From Pirellulales bacterium (GTDB lineage Bacteria; Planctomycetota; Planctomycetia; Pirellulales; JALHPA01), in assembly GCA_033762255.1 (NCBI GenBank), contig JANRLT010000070.1, positions 8,548-72,547 on the forward strand: DNA of 64,000 nucleotides, written 5' to 3'. Every line of letters begins with the position of its first letter. The stretch's first letter is position 1. The notes beneath the pieces were generated by a model. That model was not told where the DNA came from. It worked only from the letters and a program-made list of their open reading frames with translations, and did no database searches. Positions 35,111 through 42,530 of this stretch are shown here, in pieces. The translations under genes and the position numbers were made by a program.

Positions 35111-36463
35111 TTACTCCAGCGGGTTCACCACCAGCCCACCTAGCAGCTTGGGGTAAAAATACGTGCTCTTGGCGGGCATGACTTCATTGTGCAGGCTGAT
35201 CCGGCGGATATGGTCCACCGTCGCGGGCATGACCAGCGCCGCCAGTTCAAACCGCCCCCCGCTGCTCACCACGCCAGTGGCGTCGCGCCCCGCCACGTCT
35301 CCCGCTTCCAGCGATTCGACCACTTCTTCGACCGAGTGGACATATTTGGCCTTAGGCAGGTCTTTGGCTCCCAAAATCGTCTCCACCAGCAATCGGTGCA
35401 AAATCGCCACCCCCAGGCCGTGCCAGTCCGTCGAATGTTCCTGCGCGATCTCCGCCATTTTCTGCTGACCGGCGGGACTAAGCTGCGCTAGCGTCCACCT
35501 TTCATCCGACTGGGTGAATAGGCCCAGCGTCCCTTGATTATTGCCGGTTTCGATCTCTTGCCAGACGCTAGCGGCCTGGCCAGCTCCTTCACCCACGATG
35601 CGGGTGGAGAAATAGGGGTTAAGCTTGGTGGCCAGTTCCATTGCGGTCATGGGCGCTAATCCCCGAAACAGGCGATGGGTTGGTAACACCAACAGGCCCG
35701 GATCGTCCATGCCGACGCACATCATCAGGACAAAATTCGCCGGGTGGTGGTCCGGCAGTGAACCGCCGTTGGCCGCGGCGATTTCATCGCGATAGTTGCA
35801 GGCGGTCTCGTAACGATGGTGGCCATCCGCGATAAATATTTGCTTATCGCTCATCAGGCGGGTCACGGTGGCGCACAGTTCGGGACTGGTAATAGGCCAC
35901 ATCCGGTGGATAACGCCCAAGTGGTCCCGTGCTTCTAGCGGGGCTGTAGTCCCCAGATGCGCTTCCAGTTGGTTCTGGATAGTGTTGGTGGGATCGGGAA
36001 ACAAGCCAAAAATCTGGCTCAGATTTGCCTGACAGGCTTTCATCAGTAGCAGTCGGTCGGCCTTGGGACCGCTCAGCGTTTCCTCATGGGGAAAGACCTG
36101 CCCCTGGCCGAACCGCGTTAACCGACAGCGACCCATGAATCCGCGGCGGGTCACGGTTTTGCCATTGGCCTGAAAAATCTGGTGATAGACGTAAAACGCA
36201 GGTTGGGTTTCGGCTTGTAACACACCCTCTGTTCGCCAATTGGCCAAAAACCGGGCCGCGCGGGCGTATTTGTTGTTGGCCTGATCATCCCCCGGTTCCT
36301 CGCGGTTCAGTTCCACCCGCACGAAATTAGCCGGATGCAGTTTGTACAGGTGGTCGTGCAGGGAGGCATCGATCACGTCATAGGGAGGGCAGACCACGTT
36401 AGTCAGATCTCCCACATGTTTTTGGTCGTAACGCAATCCGCGAAAGGGTTGAATGTCGGGCAT
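35111..36463 (-). CDS. DUF1015 family protein
   Basis: ATG 36463 gives MPDIQPFRGLRYD, and the IADGHHRYETA motif is present. Both are DUF1015 hallmarks. The track ORF is over-extended by 45 codons. Confidence 0.85.
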   Translation of the reverse strand: MPDIQPFRGLRYDQKHVGDLTNVVCPPYDVIDASLHDHLYKLHPANFVRVELNREEPGDDQANNKYARAARFLANWRTEGVLQAETQPAFYVYHQIFQANGKTVTRRGFMGRCRLTRFGQGQVFPHEETLSGPKADRLLLMKACQANLSQIFGLFPDPTNTIQNQLEAHLGTTAPLEARDHLGVIHRMWPITSPELCATVTRLMSDKQIFIADGHHRYETACNYRDEIAAANGGSLPDHHPANFVLMMCVGMDDPGLLVLPTHRLFRGLAPMTAMELATKLNPYFSTRIVGEGAGQAASVWQEIETGNNQGTLGLFTQSDERWTLAQLSPAGQQKMAEIAQEHSTDWHGLGVAILHRLLVETILGAKDLPKAKYVHSVEEVVESLEAGDVAGRDATGVVSSGGRFELAALVMPATVDHIRRISLHNEVMPAKSTYFYPKLLGGLVVNPLE

Positions 36464-37008
36464 GATAAAAAAAGCGAGAAACGAGCGGGAACGTAGTAAT
36501 TCTTGAAAGCGCGAGGCACCCATGATCGGGGGTGCCACGTGAAACAGGGAAAGTTGGGAATGGTTTACCGGTGAAGGTAGCTGTAGTCTGCCGCGCACGG
36601 GGGGGAATTGTCAAAGGGGAGGCGAGGTCAAGGAAAAGAATACCATACAAGCGGAAACAGAGATTTTTATAGGCGCTCGCAGCAATTCCATACCGGAAGT
36701 ATGGAAAGACAACAATCCAAAATGCTGCGCTAAACCGCAGAAAATCACGAGTTGAAGTCAAGTTAACTCACGGAAATTCGCTACTCATTCAAACACCACG
36801 CTAGCAAAATCCTTACAAAGTTGGGCAATTATTTTGGCTAGAATAGAAATCGATGAAGTTCATTTTGCGCCGCTCCAATTCATTGACCTAAATCTCTTCT
36901 TCCTCTAACACAAGTGGGGTACTGGCAATTTTTGTGCAGTTCCTAAATCTCGCCCAGTTTACTTTTTTTGGGCGAGTCAGTTTGTACTTTTTTTAAGGGG
37001 AGTCGCTC

Positions 37009-40000
37009 ATGAGTCGTCGTTCGCTTCGCTTGGCCCTTGCGGCCAGCGTCAGTCTCGTTGCCCTTGGCGCAAGCACGGTCCACGCCCAGTTTATGCCCCC
37101 GGCCGTTAACGTTCCTGCGGGCGAATCTGCTCCGGGTGCTTGGCCATTCCGCCTGAGTGGCGTCAATTTGGAAATTGCCCCGGTCCCAGGCTCGGTTTAC
37201 AACACAACAAATCAAAACAATCTTTCCGTGGTGCCAACCGATTTTGGGCCATACAAATGGACCGATACCCGACATAACCAAGGTGACTTTGCGTTGGTGA
37301 TCGGCCCTGCGGATACCAGCGTCAATTCCAATCCACCCCTGCCACCGGATCCGGCTGCGAACAACTTTGCCCCCTCTACTGGTCCGACCACCCATGGCTG
37401 GCGCGTCAATCACGCTGCTGGCTTTCCCATTGCCACTGTCCGGGTCAATGGCCGCGACAACTTGGACACGATTCCCTCGACTCCGGGAACTCCGGTGGGA
37501 ACAGTCTATGGCACCGCTAGCTTTAACGCCCAATTCGCCCAAGGTACGTCCTATAACATGCTCACCGGCAATTATGGCAACGGTGGGAATGGCGCGAGCG
37601 ACTTGGTGATTGGGATTGCCGGAGCACCGGCCCAGGAAGGAAGCATGAACGTCGCTGCTGCGTTTTTCCCTTATAGCCAGGGTTGGATTGGTGGTTTTGT
37701 GGATGGCAGCAACATCGGGCCTGCCGGCGAGGTGAATTATCTCTCCCCCTCGGCGGGAATTCGCTCTGCCAGCCCAAAGGTGCTGTCGGACTCCTTTAAC
37801 GCCGCACCCAATGTAACCTGGCAGTTGAATCCCGGCACTTCCGCCTACGATGATGGTCGCGCGGTTGTCAATTTGGGGACGGGCCGGTCGAATAGCGACG
37901 GGATGCTGTTTGTGACCCAGTTGGATGACGACAGCAATCTGGAAATCGCCGCCGCCACCCCCAACACCACGGGTGGTTGGAATGTGGCCATCCGGAATGA
38001 CGGCAACTTTGACACAACAGGCGCGACTTTGGCCCCGATTGCTGGCAACGATTCCGATTTCGGTTACTTGTATATCCCCTATGACGCCAATAATTTGGTG
38101 GGTGGACGGATCGATGGCTCCACCGGAAATGCGTTTGCCGGCGAAGCGGCGGGGAGCTTTACGTTGACTCGGACGGCCGCGGGCGTCTACGAGTTGGAAG
38201 TCACCGGCGAAACCGGCAGCGACGGGATGCTGATCCTGTCCAATGCCGATGGCAATGGCAACCCCGGTGGCCTGGCTGATCGCTCCTTCCTGTCGTATGA
38301 ATACAACAGCGGCACCGGCAAGTTTGTGATCCAGGCTCGGGAAGGGATCGCGGGTACCAATCCCGTTACTGGCGGAACTTTCCCCCTGACCGACACGGAT
38401 TTCTACTTTGCCTATGTGGACTTTAGTAATCCCATGACCCCTGTGGCTCAAAGTTTCACATGGAACGTGGCAACGGGCAACTACAAGGATTTTGGCAATT
38501 GGTCCCCCAATGGCCGTCCAGTATTGACCGAAAACGCCACCATCGGCAACAACGGCACGGCGGAAATCAGCTTTGACAATGTCGGCACCGACGCCGCCAT
38601 GGCGCGTGATCTTTCCATTGGCACAACCAGTGGCAGCGGCACCGTGCTGATGACCGCTGGCGAACTGTACCTGGGGAATCGTCTGTATGTGGGGGACAGC
38701 GGCACGGGAACACTGACCCAGGACGGCGGTTTGGTGCGGATCGAACTGCAAGGGAGCGAAGACCTGCACATTGGCAACCAACTGGGCAGTGTCGGCGTGT
38801 ACAACTTGAATGGCGGGGAATTGGCCGTGGGTGACGACCTGTTGATCGGCGCTAACGGAACCGGAACGCTGAACATCAACGGCGGCGTGATCCTGCGTGC
38901 CGGTTATACCGTCATCGGTGATGAAGATGCTGGCACCACCGGCGGCGCGGCCGCCACGGGTACGCTCAACATGACCGCGGGGGGCTTGACTTTGGCGTTT
39001 GGCGATATGGAAATCGGCGACGAAGGGACCGGCACCGCCAATATCAGCGGCGGCGTGCTCAATGTGCCGGAGCGGATTTCCATCGGTAATAGGGCCTTGG
39101 GGACGGGTGCCTTGAATGTCAGCGGCGGGGCGATTATCAACACCCGCGACTTGGGGATTGGCTTTCGCGGCCAAGGAACTCTCAAGGTCACTGGAGATAC
39201 CGCCTTTGTCACTGCAACCCAGGATGTCGTTGTGGAAGGAAATGTCGGCAGCACAGGTCGCCTGATCGCCGAATTTACCAGTGCCAGCCACACCACCATC
39301 AACGCCAATCGCGATGTACTACTCAATGGCGGGACGATTGAAGTTTCCGCGGCCAGCACTCCTCCCGCGACCGGCGCTCATACCTGGAATATCCTGGTGG
39401 CCGACGCCGATAGCGACTCTAATGGCGCGTTAGTTGGCACGTTTGCCGCCAAGTCCTTGCCTGGACCTGATTCGCTGGGTCGGCGGTATTCCGTCCTGTA
39501 TGAAAACCGCAATCAGGGTGGTGTGGGCGTGGTGGACGCGGTCAAGGTTGGTCTGGCCCTGCCGGGCGACCTGGATTTTGACAGCGATGTCGATTTCAAT
39601 GACGCCTTTGAATTGACCAATAACTACGGTCTGGCCACCGGAGCCACTTGGCGTCAAGGGGACTTCTTTGATGATGGCGCGGTCGATTTTAATGATGCCT
39701 TTGAACAGACGAACAACTTTGGCGCGACCTACGCCACCACCGAAGGTGACTTTGGCGATAACCGGTTGACCGTCGTGTACAACCCCATCACCGGTCTGTT
39801 GACCGTGGATGGTGCTCCGGGCGAAATTTACAAATCGCTGATCATCGAAAGCGCGTCGGGTTTGCTGAAGATCAACCAAGCCGGTTGGTTGGGCGCGACG
39901 GGTGTGGGTTTTACCCAGAACTCGCCTAGCCAACAAGGTTTTGCCTCGAACACCGCCCTGGGTCATACCTTTTTGATCCAGGATGGTTACGCCATTGGCA

Positions 40001-40188
40001 CGCTGATCGATCCGGGAGTTTCCCAGTCGTTCCTGCTACAGGATCTGACGATCCGGTATGGCATTCAGGGCCAAGTGGGGACCCGTACGGGGGACTTTAT
40101 CCCGGAACCTAGCACCTTTGTGCTGGCGGGCCTGGGCCTGGCGGGGTTGGCTGTGGCTGGCCTGCGCCGCCGCAAGCTGGCCGCGTAG
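37009..40188 (+). CDS. large secreted PEP-CTERM-anchored protein with autotransporter-type beta-strand repeats and dockerin-like repeat pairs
   Basis: Signal peptide MSRRSLRLALAASVSLVALGASTVHAQ. Repeated GTGTL(N/T)..GG motifs. Ca-binding-like pairs GDLDFDSDVDFNDAFELTNNYG and GDFFDDGAVDFNDAFEQTNNFG. C-terminus IPEPSTFVLAGLGLAGLAVAGLRRRKLAA (PEP motif + TM + basic cluster). Confidence 0.85.
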   Translation: MSRRSLRLALAASVSLVALGASTVHAQFMPPAVNVPAGESAPGAWPFRLSGVNLEIAPVPGSVYNTTNQNNLSVVPTDFGPYKWTDTRHNQGDFALVIGPADTSVNSNPPLPPDPAANNFAPSTGPTTHGWRVNHAAGFPIATVRVNGRDNLDTIPSTPGTPVGTVYGTASFNAQFAQGTSYNMLTGNYGNGGNGASDLVIGIAGAPAQEGSMNVAAAFFPYSQGWIGGFVDGSNIGPAGEVNYLSPSAGIRSASPKVLSDSFNAAPNVTWQLNPGTSAYDDGRAVVNLGTGRSNSDGMLFVTQLDDDSNLEIAAATPNTTGGWNVAIRNDGNFDTTGATLAPIAGNDSDFGYLYIPYDANNLVGGRIDGSTGNAFAGEAAGSFTLTRTAAGVYELEVTGETGSDGMLILSNADGNGNPGGLADRSFLSYEYNSGTGKFVIQAREGIAGTNPVTGGTFPLTDTDFYFAYVDFSNPMTPVAQSFTWNVATGNYKDFGNWSPNGRPVLTENATIGNNGTAEISFDNVGTDAAMARDLSIGTTSGSGTVLMTAGELYLGNRLYVGDSGTGTLTQDGGLVRIELQGSEDLHIGNQLGSVGVYNLNGGELAVGDDLLIGANGTGTLNINGGVILRAGYTVIGDEDAGTTGGAAATGTLNMTAGGLTLAFGDMEIGDEGTGTANISGGVLNVPERISIGNRALGTGALNVSGGAIINTRDLGIGFRGQGTLKVTGDTAFVTATQDVVVEGNVGSTGRLIAEFTSASHTTINANRDVLLNGGTIEVSAASTPPATGAHTWNILVADADSDSNGALVGTFAAKSLPGPDSLGRRYSVLYENRNQGGVGVVDAVKVGLALPGDLDFDSDVDFNDAFELTNNYGLATGATWRQGDFFDDGAVDFNDAFEQTNNFGATYATTEGDFGDNRLTVVYNPITGLLTVDGAPGEIYKSLIIESASGLLKINQAGWLGATGVGFTQNSPSQQGFASNTALGHTFLIQDGYAIGTLIDPGVSQSFLLQDLTIRYGIQGQVGTRTGDFIPEPSTFVLAGLGLAGLAVAGLRRRKLAA

Positions 40189-40242
40189 TGGCAAGCAATA
40201 AACAAATGCGGCTTGTCTGTCATAGACCAGTCCGTTAAACGC

Positions 40243-40276
40243 AAACAACCAGCCGCAAAGCTGGTTGTTTTTTTAT
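40243..40276 (+). terminator. Rho-independent terminator of the PEP-CTERM protein gene
   Basis: AAACAACCAGC (40243-40253) / GCTGGTTGTTT (40260-40270), a perfect 11-bp stem followed by a T-run, 55 nt after the stop. Confidence 0.8.
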
Positions 40277-40381
40277 TGGCTGTTAATACTAATTGCAAGT
40301 AATCATAGCGCGGCTTTTACCCAATTTACCAAAGGATTCCGCAACTCCGTTGGAGTAGGATTTCACTGGTTTTGTTCTTTT

Positions 40382-40503
40382 CCCAGGGTTGTTCGCTGCG
40401 CTCCAACCCGTGGGCTATGATCCAGAACCGCGTTGCGGTACTCCCTCTCCCTCTGGGAGAGGGCCGGGGTGAGGGAATCTACCGCGAAGCGGTTGCGTCA
40501 CGC
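40382..40503. repeat. composite dispersed intergenic repeat, copy B
   Basis: CCCAGGGTTGTTCGCTGCGCTCCAACCCGTGGGCTATGATCC...GCGGTACTCCCTCTCCCTCTGGGAGAGGGCCGGGGTGAGGGAATCTACCGCGAAGCGGTTGCGTCAC. It shares its modules with 16939-17136. Confidence 0.75.
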
Positions 40504-40585
40504 GGAAATAACTCACGAATGCTGGGTGTCTTCATAAATTGCTAGCCGCGCTACGTTTAGCTAGAAAGAGTATTAATCTTCAAAG

Positions 40586-40825
40586 TTATTTTGCTTCGAC
40601 CGCTTCTTCCACACCCTCAAGGTGCAGGGCGGAGCAATACACAGCGCGATCCGGGAGGGGATCTGCTTTAGTGGTATGTGCCAGGGGAATGCCGATGTAG
40701 ATTCCACCTTTGACCAGCCATGCGAACTCTGGGTGCCGCACTTCTTATCGATCCCCGCTAGACAATACCACGGTAAACGGCGTGAATGGACGTCGTTTAA
40801 GCATATCCCTGAGATTATCGATCAT
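40586..40825 (-). pseudogene. small conserved-looking ORF interrupted by an in-frame TAA (codon 27)
   Basis: The minus strand reads MIDNLRDMLKRRPFTPFTVVLSSGDR*EVRHPEFAWLVKGGIYIGIPLAHTTKADPLPDRAVYCSALHLEGVEEAVEAK*. The internal TAA is at 40747-40745. Both halves fall below the 60-aa track cutoff. Confidence 0.5.
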
Positions 40826-40895
40826 ATTTAACCGCTAAGAAACATAGCCGTAGAATAAGAAACTATGCGCATGCTAATCTATACAAATGTTCAAG

Positions 40896-40966
40896 CTACC
40901 CGGCATGGATTCGAACCATGAATGAGAGAGCCAAAATCTCTAGTGTTACCGTTACACCACCGGGTA
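40896..40966 (-). tRNA. tRNA-Gln (anticodon UUG)
   Basis: Hand-folded cloverleaf on the minus strand: acceptor TACCCGG/CCGGGTA, D arm GTGT-AACGGTA-ACAC, anticodon arm AGAGA-TTTTGGC-TCTCT (U33, anticodon TTG), T arm CATGG-TTCGAAT-CCATG, discriminator G. The U1-A72 pair and G73 fit bacterial tRNA-Gln. No encoded CCA. Confidence 0.9.
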
Positions 40967-41174
40967 GTGATTCTTATAAGTAATTTAGCACGTATGACAG
41001 TTGCGGAACAGTGGAATTTGGCCCAAAAATCGCACGCTTACTCGGTAATTTCCACTTGCCAAACAACAGCACGGCGGCGATTTCAACCGCATCCGCTTTT
41101 TGGACACTATGATGCAGGACTTGGTTCGCCAGCCTCGGTCAAAAGCCAGTTTTATGAATTAAATTAGCCAGCAA

Positions 41175-41873
41175 TTAGATTTCGGCGTCGCTTTCCAGCT
41201 TTTCCTTGGCCTTGCGGCCCGCCACGGCAAAGCACAATTGCTCGAGCTCGATCGCCAGATCCACGCCAATCAATTGTACTTTTTCCGGTAAATTTAGCGT
41301 CACTGGGGCAAAATTCAGGATTCCCTCGATACCGGCCGTCACCAGGATATCCGCGACCATCTGGGCGGCAGGGGCGGGGACCATGATCATCCCCAGTTTA
41401 ATCTTTTGCTCCTCGACCAGTTTGGCCAGATCGTCCAGATGATAAATGGGGATCCCTTCGATCTGGCCCCCCACCTTGGCCGGATCGACATCAAACGCCG
41501 CCACAATATGAAAATTTTGGCTGCTAAAGCCTTTGTAGCCTAATAGCGCGCGGCCTAGGTTTCCCGTGCCGATCATCGCCACCGGCCATTGCCGGTCCGT
41601 TCCCATGATCCGACGGATATTGTCCACCAACTCTTGGCAGCGGTACCCGACCCCTGGATAGCCAAAATGCCCAAAATAGGCCAAATCCTTGCGCACCTGG
41701 GCGTCGGTAAAGCCCAGCAGCGTCCCCAACTGGCTAGAACTGGTGGTATCGTACCCATCCCGCAGGAGATGCTGCAATTCTCGCAGATACAGGCTTAGCC
41801 GGTTGGCGACAGCCTTTGGCACGGGCGTGTCAGGGGGTGTTTTGCCGGAATTTTCAGACATACCGTCATCCAT
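41175..41873 (-). CDS. rex: redox-sensing transcriptional repressor Rex
   Basis: Winged-helix block RLSLYLRELQHL...SSSQLG...AQVRKDLAYFGHFGYPGVGY, followed by Rossmann motif AMIGTGNLGRALLGY and AAFDVDP. Confidence 0.85.
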   Translation of the reverse strand: MDDGMSENSGKTPPDTPVPKAVANRLSLYLRELQHLLRDGYDTTSSSQLGTLLGFTDAQVRKDLAYFGHFGYPGVGYRCQELVDNIRRIMGTDRQWPVAMIGTGNLGRALLGYKGFSSQNFHIVAAFDVDPAKVGGQIEGIPIYHLDDLAKLVEEQKIKLGMIMVPAPAAQMVADILVTAGIEGILNFAPVTLNLPEKVQLIGVDLAIELEQLCFAVAGRKAKEKLESDAEI

Positions 41874-41990
41874 GGGGAAGAATAAGGTTGTGAAAATTCC
41901 CGGAATTTGTAGGTGAGACGGGAAAAAGCGGTACGGAGGGGCAAAATTGCCAAAGGCGGAATTGTTTTAATGCTATCGTACTCTAAAAAA

Positions 41991-42008
41991 ATGTGAATCT
42001 TTTCACAA
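41991..42008. promoter_or_regulatory. Rex operator (ROP-type palindrome)
   Basis: ATGTGAATCTTTTCACAA is TGTGAA-N4-TTCACA with perfect 6-bp arms. It matches the published Rex consensus TTGTGAA-N4-TTCACAA at all but the first base. It lies 118 nt upstream of the rex ATG. Confidence 0.7.
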
Positions 42009-42530
42009 GGGGAAGCCACAATTGCTGGTAAAGGTATCGCATTTAACACGAACCACCGTGGCTGAGGGCATTCGCGGGGACATGACGGGGAGAGCTACAT
42101 TGGTGTAAGGCTTAACACATTAAATCCCAAAAAAACTTATCTAAAGGGCGTCAAGTATGCCCTTTTCAAAATCATTAAACAATATTCTATCAAAATCATG
42201 GCATTTTGGCCGCGCGATACAAGCATTACGACCTGCATAACCCGTTTATCTCTTCAGAATTCCCCCGACGTTAAGGTGGTTACGTGGCTAGCCTCAACGG
42301 GTGGTTAAAGTAGTCGTAAATTGCGCAGGAATAACAGCTTACATAAATTAATGACGATTAGTAAAAATAGGATTTTTGCAAAGACTGTGGTCATTGGCAA
42401 GACTGCGTAAATTGCGAAGGACAGCTAATGTGCGTTGTCTTTGCTGGCCGATGACAGCTAAGGCGAGTCGGGCTCGTCAGACCAGACCTATTTTCCCCTT
42501 ACGGAAGCCGTCCCAGAAGGAGGCAGGACA

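Noticed and set aside
36949-36976. Hairpin CTCGCCCA-N12-TGGGCGAG considered as a terminator
   Set aside because: There is no T-run after the stem on either strand, the loop is 12 nt and T-rich, and the hairpin sits inside the leader of the PEP-CTERM gene. It is left as a possible leader structure only (mentioned under that finding).
36943-39291. 782-aa ORF on the minus strand
   Set aside because: It is antisense to the PEP-CTERM protein gene, which has a signal peptide, coherent repeats and a sorting tail. Its own translation is a low-complexity Gly/Ala/Arg/Val string with no motif. It is a shadow frame kept open by the GC3-rich repeats of the real gene.
40922-41167. 81-aa + strand ORF
   Set aside because: Its 5' end overlaps the tRNA-Gln gene on the opposite strand, and the rest lies in AT-rich non-coding DNA downstream of rex. 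There is no RBS or motif.
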